From positions 6,152 through 70,151 of the forward strand of contig DAIOWH010000003.1 in the NCBI GenBank assembly GCA_036758585.1: 64,000 bases of DNA. The letters run 5' to 3'. Source of the DNA: Planctomycetia bacterium (GTDB lineage Bacteria; Planctomycetota; Planctomycetia; JALXBF01; JBGPMX01). This document shows, in pieces, positions 9,201 to 21,200 of this stretch (positions are counted from its first letter, which is position 1; each line of letters starts with the position of its first letter). The notes beneath the pieces were generated by a model. The model searched no databases. It worked only from the letters and a program-made list of their open reading frames with translations, and was not told where the DNA came from. The position numbers and the translations under genes are program-made.

Positions 9201-12200
9201 CGGCCGCGGCGACGATCGCCCGTTCACCGTCGGCGACGTGATGGACATCGGAGTCACCGTTGGCCCGACAACCGGCGCCCCCGCCGACTGGAACACCATT
9301 ACGTTCGAATACAACTCAGACGACTTGCCCGACGAGTTCTCGGCCGTCAAGGGCGGATCGATTGTGGATCACGCCGAGTTCCGGTTTGCTACCAACGCGG
9401 TCACGGCCAGCAGCATTCCGCGTCACACTCCGTTCGCCGCCGACTTCGTCGACCCCGAAGGACCGACAGGCCAGGGGGTCGATCAGCTTCTGCAGGAGGT
9501 AAACCCCCAGAACACGACCACCGGCGGCCTGCCGATCGTCGGCAACCTCGGGTTCGTGAACACCGGCGATTTCGCGCTCACGGGCAACAACGTCTCGCAC
9601 CAGACCACGATCCAGGTCGGCGGCCGCAGCTATAACCCGGCCATCACCGTCTCGGGCTGGATTGACGGCAGTGACGCGCGCCCCGCGGGCCACGTCGACG
9701 CCCTCACCGGCGGCCAGCGCGACGTCGATTGGTACATGTTCACGGCCGATCCCGGTTCGACCATCTGGGTCGATCTCGACTACATCGGCGCCTCGGACAC
9801 GCTCGACGCACAACTCACGCTGTTCCGGTTTCAGCGGGTCACCACCACGTGCGAGCCTGAGGTGATCGCGTACGACGACACCGACAACCGGGTCGGCGGT
9901 ACGCCCCAAGACCGCGTGTCGAACGCCGGCACCACGACGCAGTCGCTCGGCCTGCACGATCTCGAGCCGTACTACGGCAATGACCCCACGTTCCGGCGCA
10001 ACGAAGATCCGCTGATCGGCCCGATCACCTTGCCGGCCAGCACGTGCCAGGGCAACCAGTACATGATCGCCGTGTCGCCGATCAACTACGACGCCGACAA
10101 CATGCGCGGCCTGAACGGCACGCCCGATACGCCGCTCAGCATCGTGCCGCTCCGCGACGGCGGCTACGCCGTGAACCTGCCGAACTCGTCGGGCCGGGCC
10201 ACGGGCTTCGACGACGTCTCCGAAGGCGCATCGAGCGGCACGGGCCAGTACACGATCGAGCTGCGCACCTTCACGCGCCAGACCGACACCAACATTCCCT
10301 CAGCGCTGGAAGATCCGACCCAGAGCGACGCGCGCATCGACGCCGCCGCGAACCAGTACCTCGACAGCTCGGTCTCGGTGCTGCGCGGCAACGGCGAAGA
10401 CCCGCCCGGCCTTGGCGAGGGATACCTGCAGAACAGCACCACCGACCTCGGTACGTTCAACCCGGTCACCGGCACATGGACGATCTCGGTCACCGACAGC
10501 TCCGGCCCGCTGTTCGCTCAGCCGCCTGCGACGAGCGTATCGTTCTTCTTCGACGCGCCGGCCAGCACGCCCCTGGTCGGCGACCTCGACGGCGACGGCG
10601 ACGACGACCTGGCCACGTTTAGCCCGTCCGAGGCCAGTTGGACGCTCGACCTCGACGGCGACCGGTTCCTGACCGAAGACCGCAACGGCGACTTCTATCT
10701 CGATTCGGGCGAAGACATCAATCAGAACCTGGTGCTTGACACCGACTCGGGCGAGATCGGCGTGTTCTTCGGCGGCGCCGGCGACCTGGCCGTCGTGGGC
10801 GACTGGAACGGCGACGGCGTCGATAAGCTCGGCGTCTTCGGCGACGAAGACCTGAACAACAACAACGTGCTCGATGACGGCGAAGACACCGACGGCGACG
10901 GCGCGATCGACGTCGGCATGTGGACCGTCGATTACAACGGCAACCGCACGATCGAGCGCGGCGAGCGCGGCATCCTGTTCCGGCCCACGACCGGCACGAC
11001 CGCCGATTGGCGGCCGCTGGTCGGCGATTGGAACGGCGACGGCCGAGACGATCTGGCCGTGTACGACCGGTCGACCGGCAACTTCTTCATCGACCTCGAC
11101 GGCGACCGCACGCTTGATTGCGGAAGGGACGTGAACTGTGCGACACCCGACGTGGGCAACGAGCAGTTTGACTTCGGCGCGGGCCTGACCGCCTCGGCAG
11201 TGCCGATCGTCGGCAACTGGGATCCAGTCGGCCCCGCAGCCCGCGACCGCGACGACGACATCGGCGTGTTCGATCCGACGACGGCCACGCTGCGTCGCGA
11301 TCTGAACGGCGACCGCATCTTGCAAGCGGGCACCGAGCAGACGACGTACTTCGGCGCTCCGAACGCAGCCGACCAGCCAGTGGTCGGCGATTTCGGCGCG
11401 GCTGCGACCCCAGTCTTTGGCGTCTATCGGCCCGGGTCGAATGAGTTTTTCCTCGACACCAATGACAACGGCACGAGCGCCGGCGACACAAACCCAACGG
11501 GCTGGACCGGCATGGCCGCCGGGCAGCTTGGCGTGGTCGGCGATTGGAACGGCGGCGGCGTCACCGACGTCGGCGTGTTCACCCCGCGTGGCACGGTCGG
11601 CCCGTTCCTGGGCGATTGGAATATCGACCTCAACGCCAACGGGACCAACGACGAAGTCACCCTGTCGTTCGACCGGTTCCGCTCGATTCCAACGACGGGC
11701 GATTGGGAAGGCGACGGCGACCTGAATGCGGGCGTGTACCTGCCCTCGAGCGGCACGTGGTACCTCGACATCGACGGCAACGCGCCCGATGTGGCTAAGG
11801 CGAACAGTGCGAACCCAACCGCCACGACGGTGGCGACGACGGCCGCGCCGGGATTCCGCGAAGGTCCGTTTCTGATCGGCGCCGCGGGCAACGTGCCAGT
11901 CGCGCGCGATTGGGACGGCGAGGGCACGACCGATCTGGGCACGTACGATCGCCGCCGCGGGGCGTGGACGCTCGACCTCAATAGCAATCGCCGGCTCGAC
12001 GTCTCGGTCGAGACCAACATCGTGTTCGGCGGCGCGGGCGGCATCCCGATGCCGGCCGATTTCGACGGCGACGGCCGCGCGAACCTGGCCGTCTATCACG
12101 AAGATCTAGTGCTGCCGCCGCCCGAGCCGCGTGTGGGGCGCTGGTACTTCGACCTGAACGACAACTTCCAGGTCGATCCGGGCGAGGACGCCAAGCCGTT

Positions 12201-15200
12201 CGGCCCGCGGTTCGGTCGGCCCGCCGCGGGCGACTTCGACCTCGACTTCCACCTGTTCGGCGCGGCCGGACCGCTGCGCAGCGACGGCACCGATCAGATC
12301 GTGGTGTACGGCAGCGAGGACTACGACGGCGACGGCTCGCGAGACGCCAGCCTCACTGTCGATGGTTTCACCTTCGATGAAGACGTCAACGGCGACGGCG
12401 ACGTAAACGATTTCGTCTGGTACGTCGATCTCAATCAGAACCGCCGGTTCGACAGCCTGACGGAACGCATCGTGCCGAACCTGGTGAACGAGAACACGTC
12501 GAACAACACCGCAGCGACCGCGACGCCGATCGCGACCCGCCAGATCGGCCAAGGCGCGCTCACGGTCACCGACGTCGACTTCTGGGCCGCGTCGGGAGCG
12601 ACCGCCGGACAGCTTGTCTTCGCCTACGTCGACACGCAGCTTTCCACCAGTAGCACCGACTCGCGGCTGAGCGTGGTCGCCAACAACGGAACCACGGTGG
12701 TCGAGGCCGACGACAACGACGGGCCGGGTTCGCGGGCGGTCGTCGCCGGCGCGGTGGTGCCGCAGGCGGGCAAGGTGTTCTACCAGGTGGATGAACCGGT
12801 CGGCGCCGCAATCGGTTCGTATCAGCTCTACAGCACGGTCACGTCCAGTTTGGGGTTCACCGCTGAAGTCGATCCCAACGGCACGTCGGCCACGGCGACC
12901 GCCTTGAGCGGCGACGAGCTGAAGGGAAGCGGAACGGTTGGCGTCGGCGACGTCGACTTCTTCTCGTTCCAGGCGCTGGCCGGCAGCCGCATCGTCGCCA
13001 TCGTCGATGAGAATCCGGACGACGACGCAAGCAACACGACCGTGGCGATCGAGCTGCGCGGTCCCGACGGGACGACCGTGCTGGCGTCCGGGGACAATGC
13101 GGCGGGCGACGCCGAGGCTGCGGGCGCGGTCTTGTCGGTGAGCCAATCGGGCACGTACTTCCTGCGCGTCGCCGAGGTGGCCGGCAGCGCCGACACGGAG
13201 TATCGCTTCGTCGTACTGGTGTACGACGTGAACCAAAACACCGCTCAGTTGCCGTACATCGGCGATTTCGACGGCGACCGAGCGGCCGATCTGGGCACGT
13301 TCCAGCCCAAGGCGACGCTGACCCCAGACCCAACCGGTTCGGCCAACGACCTTGTGACCTTCACGGCGCGCGAGCCGGGCACGGCGGGCAATAACCTGCG
13401 CGTGCAGTACGTCGCGCAGGTGACCGATGGCGCCGCCAGCGTGGCGGTCGCGGGCAACGATATTACGATCACGCTGGCACGAACGGGCGGCGTGAACATG
13501 ACCGCGGCGGCGTTGGTCCAGTTCCTGCTCACCGATTCGTCGGCAGGCGCTCAGGCGGCGCGGCGGCTGGTCGATGTCGCGGTCGCGCGTGGCACGAGCG
13601 GCGGCGACGCGCTCGGCGCGTTCGGCCCGACCAACCTGACCGGCGGCGGCACTCTGCAGTTCGATCGCGACGGCAACCGCACCAACGATCCGGGCGAGAC
13701 GACGACGGCCGCTTCGACCCCCGCCACTCAAGGCGCCGACGCGGCGTTTGGCGTGCCCGGCCGCTGGGAGCACGATGCCGGCGAGTTCCTGGTCGGATCG
13801 AACGTCCAGGACCTGACGCTTTCGGACCTGGACAACGACGGCAACCTCGACCTCATCGCCGTCAGTCGCGACTCGTTTGCGACCACGTCGACGGTCAGCG
13901 CGGCGACGACCGACTTGGCGGGCGTGACAATCCGCTACGGCACCGGGCGCGGCGGGTTCGAGCGGACCGAACAGCGCTGGACCGCGGGCGTGGCGCCGAT
14001 GGCGGTCGCCGTGGCCGACATGAACGGCGACGGGCTGGGCGACATCGTGGTTTTGAACACGCACGATGTGAACCCGACCGACAACTCGGCGGGTAGCATC
14101 AGCGTGCTGCGCAACCAGGGCGCTCGGTCGTTCGTGCGCGACGACCCGAACACGAACCCTGCGGGCCTCCAGGCGTGGCAGACCGGCGGCGTCGCCCCGC
14201 GCGACCTGGTGCTGGGCGACTTTATTGCCATCGACCGCACCACCGGCGCGACCATGCTCGGCCGCGACGGTTTCCCCGACGTCGCCGTGGCCAACTTCGG
14301 CAACCCCGACCCGAACAACCTCGACGCCTGCACCTCGTTGTCGTGCAACGTCGCGGTGATGCCAAACCGGACCGGTTTTACCGGCACGACGCCGGGCGCG
14401 GTCATCACCTTCCCGGCGGGCGGCGGGGCTGTGGCCACGCCCGTGCCGGCCTACACGCGCAACAACCGCCCGACGTCGATTGCCGCCGCCGACCTGAACG
14501 GCGACGGCTATCTCGACCTGGTGACGGCCAACGCCAGCGACATTGCCAACACCAACGGCACGACCGTCACGGTGCGGCTCGGCCAAGAGAACGGCTCGTT
14601 TATCGTCAATGATCTGGACACGAACACGACCTCGACGACGCAGCACTCCAGCCTGAGTCCGTTCGGGCAGGACCCGGCGGGCATCGCGGTGGCGACCGAG
14701 GTTCAGCCGCTGTTTGGGTTCCGCCAGACCGGGGCGGGCAACACCGCCGTGCAGGCGCAGCGGGTCAATCCGGTAAACGCCCAGTCGACGAACATCCCGG
14801 GCGCGACCCAAGACGTCATCGTCCAGGGCTCGGCCCGCATGCCCGATGGGCTGAACAACCAGGCGTTTGTGTTGGCGCAGAATGAGCGTCAGACGATCAC
14901 GCTCGCCTTCGCCACGGGATCGGCCACCTACACGCTGTTCTTCATCAATCAGGTCACCGGCCCGATCGCCGACAATGCGTCGGCGGCGACTGTGCAAGCG
15001 GCGCTCGAGGGGCTTTCGACGATCGGGGCGGGCAACGTGTCGGTAACCGGCCCGAATGGCGGCCCGTACACGGTGGACTTCCAGGGTGCTCTTGCGTCGC
15101 AAGACGTTCCTCAGCTTGTGGCGACGCCGACGGCGCCGCTTACGGTCACGGTCGGCGCGACCCGCGGCGGCAGCGCCGCCACCGACGCCGGCCGCATTTA

Positions 15201-18200
15201 CGTGAGCGGCACGGATACCAGCACGCCGAACACCGACACCGCTTACAGCGACGCCGCCGGCAATGTGATCGCGCATCGGCTCTATGTGTTGGACCAAAAC
15301 ACAGGCCAACTCGTCCACCCAGTCACGGGTGCTGCGGGCCAAGGGCTGGCGTTCTTTGAAGACCCGTCGGAACGGTCGCAGGCCAGCGCCATCGTGGACA
15401 CCACGGCCGTTCCTGGCGGCGCCGGGCAGCCCGGGCCGGGCGGTGCACGGATCCGGATCACCGCTTCGGAGAACATCCCGGGAATTCAAGGCAATGCGAT
15501 GCGCATTGTCTTTTCGATGAATACAGCCAGCACCGAGACGACCGTAACGGCGAATTGCAACGAGCTTCTGACACTCAACGTCGCATTGGGCAGCGACGGA
15601 ACCAACGTCACGGCCACGAACGCCCAAGTACTCGCCGCACTGAACGCGGCGACCTTCGCGGGCGGCCGGCGCCTGTTGTATGCCGAGTTGATCACGGGCG
15701 TGCTGAACGACAACTTCCTTGGCGACTTCGACAGTTCGAACAACGCCACGGCCCCTCCGCCGGTGGACAACGTGGCGTACTATTCGGCCACGCTGTTTCC
15801 GGCGACTCCCGGTCCGCAGCGGTTCCTGCTCGATGATGTGAACAATAGCGCCGTCGTCACGGGTCCCTTCAATGGCACGTTTACGAACCAGCCGTTCTCG
15901 GGCGGCAGCGGCGGCAGCTTCCACGACGCCCAGTTGGACATCCGTGGTTTGGCAATCCATCCGGGCCCCGGTCCGTTGGCCGGCCAGTTGTTTGGGATCA
16001 TGGGCGGTCCGCAGCGTCTTTTCCCCGCCCCGACCGCGCCGTTTGCGCCGGGCGATCCGCGAAACTTCCAGACGGGTCCGGTCAACGACGGCAACGCGGC
16101 GACTCAGGAAGGCAGTGTCACCGGGCAGTTCGGCGTCGGCGGCTCGTTCTATCTCATCGATCGTCAGACCGGCAAGGTAAGCGTCATGGGTTCGAGTTGC
16201 CAGGTGGCCTTTCCCGAAGGCCTGGCGTTCCGGCCCAACGGGACCGGTCTGAATCCGAACCAGGACCTTGCGGCGGCAACGTTGGCGGACCAGCAGCCCA
16301 CGTTGTTCGCGACCGACGCCGAGTTCCTGCCGGGGTTCGCCACGTCAACGCCTCAGAACTCGACCTTGGTGTACTTGCAGTACACGCCGACTGCCGACTT
16401 CCTGACCAATCAATCCACTTACGTCCCATCGGGCACAAACGCAGGGCCGGGGAGCTGGAACGCCCCGACGGTCACGAACGGCGCCGGGCACCTCTGGCAG
16501 CTCGACCTCACGGGCAACCGCGTGGTCACGCCGCCGCAAGAAAACCAGTTCACCTTTGGTCTGCAGCCGGACGTGGTCCCGATCACGGGCAATTGGGACG
16601 CGCCACGGGCGAACGAGGTGCAGCGGGTCACACTGACGGGCGGCAACACCGGCACTCAGAACTTTACGCTGACGTTCAATGGCGAGACCACGACGGACAT
16701 TGCGGACAACGCCAGCGCCGCCACCGTGCAAACGCGACTGCAGGCGCTGATGGGCGTCGTCGGCAACGTATCCGTCGCCGGCCCGGACGGCGGCCCGTAC
16801 GACGTCACGTTCCGCGCCGGGTTTGCCCGCACCAACGTGCCGCAGATGACGGCTTCGGCTGCTGCGCCGCTTGCGGTGGCGGTGACCACCACGACGCAGG
16901 GTGAAGGCGACGAAGAAATCGGCGACTTCAACACGGCCACCGGCGTGTGGGTGCTCGACTTGAACGGCGATCGGGCCGCGCAGGCGAATGAGATGTCTAT
17001 TGTCTATGGCGTCCGCACCGCCCGAGTCACCACCAGCATCGCCGGCGACGACAACGACCTGGTCTTTACCTCCAGGTTGTCCACGCCGGTCGGGCCGAAT
17101 TTCACGGTTCAGTTGGTCGATCCGCTTCTGGCCAATCAGGCGCTGACCATGGCGGTGACCGGTACCAGCCTGGTCATCAACCTGGCTACGAACGCCACGC
17201 CGGTGGTAACCACCACGGCCCAAGACATCATCGACTGCATCATGAACCTGGTGGTGAATGCGTGCAGTTCGTCGGCGGGCGCCGCGGCCGCGCGGGCGTT
17301 GGTCAGCGTGGCGCTTACGGCGGACGATCAAGCGGCCGGCACCGGCAACACAGGCGCCAGCGCGGTCGCCGCGTTTGGGCCGCGAGACTCGCTGCATGTC
17401 CGGCTCGAATCGCCTGTCGTCGGCGATTGGAACGGCGACGGCATCGACAACATCGGAACATTCGATCGCGGGACCGGCACTTGGACAATCGACCTCGACG
17501 GCGATTTCCGAATCGACGCCGGCGAACAGTTCGGCGGCTGGCTGATCGCGACGGGCCTTCAGGCGATCGTGGGCGACTGGGACGCCGATGGCGTGCGCGA
17601 CGACTTTGCAGTCTACGACAGCGTGTCCGGCGCGCTGGCCGTGGACCTGAACGGCAACCGCGTAATCGATCTGCCGGGCGAGCTGTTCGGCGGCCTCACC
17701 GGCCCGAGCGTTAGCGTTTCCAAGTTCTTCGTCGACCTGTTCGCCCAGCCGGGCGCCATACTCGACGGGCCTGGCGGCGTCGCCGTCGACGCCAGCGGCA
17801 ATGTCTATGTCAGCAGCTTCACCACCGACACGGTCGTCCGATTCAACTCGTTCGGTCAAAACCCCACTACGTTTATCACGGCGAACTTGGGCGGCATGGA
17901 CGGACCGGCGGGTTTGGCGCTGCAGGATGTAAACGCGGACGGCACGGAAGACTTGTTCGTGGCCAGCTTCAACACGAACCAGATTTACGTCTACGATGGA
18001 GCTGCCGGGACTTTGCTGTTCAACTCCGCAATCGGTAGCGTCACGGGGCCAGTTGGGGTCGAGGTCGGGCCGGACCGTAACTCCGATGGCCTGGGCGATA
18101 TTTTTGTCTCCGCCAGCGGAACCGATACGGTGCTGATCTTCGATGCGGCTCCCGCCGGTGCGGGCGCTTCGTTGGGCGTCATGGTGACGGCCGCCACAGC

Positions 18201-21200
18201 CGGGCTGGACAATCCTCAGGGGCTGCGTTTCGGTCCGGACGTCAATGGCGACGGCGTTCGCGACTTGTATGTGGCCAGTGGCGACACGGACCAAGTGTTG
18301 GTCTTTAACGGTGCAAACGGGGCCGCGATCAACCAGCCGGCGGGCACGCCGCCGATCTCCAACAGCGTCTTTGTCGCGGCCGGTACGTTGCTCGACCAGC
18401 CGACCTACCTGGAGTTCGGTCCCGACCTGATGCTCTACGTGGCGGGCGGATTGACGAGCAACGTGAACCGTTACGTAGGCGCCACTGGGGCGTACCTCGA
18501 CGAGTTCGTGCCGGCCGCGGGCGACGTGACGCTGTCGAACGCCCAAGGGCTGGCCTTCAGCTCGACCGGCCAGTTGTTCATCAGCAGCTTCGGAAACGAC
18601 CGTGTGCTGCAGGCGGGTCATTTCGTGGCCGGCGCCCTGTTCAAGCCGGGGCTGGTGGCCCCGCAGTTCGTGGTTCCGGCGAGCGGCCTCAACGCGCCGC
18701 AAGGCATCGCTGTCGGTCCGGATTACAATGCCGACGGCGTCAATGATGTCTACGTCGCGAGCGGCGGTATTGCCAACACGATCCAAGTATTCGACGGAAG
18801 CAGCGGCGCACCGCTGGGCGACTGGCTGGGATTGGCGCCGGTTCAGCCCAACTCACTGCCGACGGCCCCCACCGGCATCGTGTTCGGTCCGGCCGGCGTG
18901 GGCGGTCACCTGTTTGTTTCGAGTTCCGGCACCAACCGAGTCAAGCGTTACGACGACGCCAACGGCAACTTCGTCGGCGACTTCACTCCGACCGTGCCGG
19001 GTACACCCGCAGGCTTCACCGCTCCGACCGGTCTGGTGTTCGGCAACGACATCAACGCAGGTGGTGGCCCCGAACTGTTCGTGGCCAGTTCCACAGGCAA
19101 CGCGATCTTTGCCTTTGACGACACAAGCGGCACGCAGTTCGGCGTCGGCCCGTTCGTCGCGGCGGGGTTGGCGGGCCTGTCGAACCCCGGCGGTCTGGCA
19201 ATGGGCCCCGACGTCAGCGGCGACGGTGAGCTGGATCTGTACGTGGCAAACACCGGCGGCAACAACGTGCTCGTGTTCAACGGCATGGACGGTTCGGTGA
19301 TCAATCGCAATGAAGTCATCAACAGCCTATACGTGCCCGCCGGATCGGGCGGCTTGGCGTCGCCGCGCGACCTGAAGTTCGGGCCCGACGGCCGGCTTTA
19401 CGTCACCAGTTTCACGACGAACAACGTACTCGTGTTCAACGGCGTACCGGCCGGAACGGTGACGGATACCGAACCAAACAGTTCGCCGCCTCCCGCCGCC
19501 GTCGCGCAGAACATCGACTCGGCAGGCTGGAACCTCAGGTCGAACGCCAACATCGGCGACGCGGCCGTGGACACGTCCACGACCATTCCGCACGTGACGA
19601 TCAATGGCACGGGCGACGGCACGGTGGACATCTACTCGTTCACGACCCCGGCGGCCGCCACGCGAGTGATTCTCGATATCGACTTCGGATTCGAAGGCGG
19701 CATGGACGCCTTCCTGCGGGTCTACGACAACCTCGGCAACGTGCTGTTCTCGAACGACGACGCGGCCGCCACGACGGATGGTCAGGGTGGCAGTACCGAC
19801 GTAGTCGACTCGTTCCTCGACATCCCCAACATTGGCGCGGCGGGGACCTACTTTGTTGAGGTCAGCAATGAGGGCGGGGTTGGCGGCGGGGCCCCGATCA
19901 ATGCCGGCGAGACGTATCAGTTGCAAGTGTCGATCGTGGGGCACACGGGCGGCGGCGGAACGTCCTTCGAGGACGATTTCGTGTTCACCGGCAGCGGCGG
20001 ACTTGCCGGGCCGACCTACATGACATTCGACACCAGCACGCCAGGCAGCGCGCTGTACGTCAGTTCGCTGACCGGCAACGCGGTGTACCGCTACAACGGG
20101 CCGTACCTGCCCGAATCGACCTTCCTGAGCCAGTTCGTCACCACAGGCAGTGGCGGCTTGAACGTGCCGCGCGGCGTGCTGTTCGGTCCGGACGGAAACC
20201 TCTATGTGGCCAGCGCGTCGGCCGGGCTCGACCAGATTCTGGAATACGATGGCGTGACCGGCGCGTCGGTGGGCGCTTTTGCCACCGGCGGCGGGTTGAA
20301 TGATCCCCGCGAAATGGCCTGGGGGCCTGACGGCAACTTGTACGTTGCCAATAACGGCGGCGACGACGTTATCCAGATCAATTTCCTCACGGGCGCGGTT
20401 AGCCAGTTCGTGGCATCCGGTTCGGCGGGACTTGCCAATCCGTCAGGAATCACGTTTGGCACGGACGGGAATCTGTACGTGACAAGCACAGTGTTCGGAT
20501 TCGGTGGAGATGCCACGAGCTCAATCGTGAAGCGGTACCAAGGGCCGAATGGAGCGATGCCCGGTGGTTCGCTCGGCGATTTTGTCACGAATAACAGTGG
20601 CGGTCTGGACGATCCGCGAGATCTGATCTTCGGAACGGACCTGAACGGAGACAATGTTCCCGAGCTCTTCGTGTCGAGCGACGACAACGACTCGGTTCGA
20701 GTGTACGACGGCACTTCCGGCGCGCCGGTGGACATCGGCCTCGGGGCGGGCCTGTTCGTCTCCAATGCCGCGACACCTTCGGCCGGGCTGGATGCTCCAC
20801 GCGGGCTGCTGTTTGGTGAAGACGGAAACCTGTATGTTTCAAACCAGGACATTGATGAAGTTCGCCGGTTCAGCGGTCTGACCGGCTTGCTACTTGACAT
20901 CTACGCTAGTGGCAGCTTGCTGGACAGTCCGCAAGGCCTGACATTCGGCCTCGATGGCAACCTCTACGTCGCGGGCGGCAACCCGTTCGGCGGCGGCAGC
21001 ACCAACGACGTGAAGCGGTTCGCACCGTACCCGGTGAGTTCGGGGAGTCTCGGGGTAACGAGCAGCATTGTTCTGCGCGGCAACTTCGACGGAAACGCGG
21101 GCGACGAGATCGCGCTGTTTTCTCAGGCGGCCGGTTCGTTCAGCGTCGACCTGGACGACTCGATGCGCGGCAGCGGAACCATTATCGGCGGCGGCGAGAC

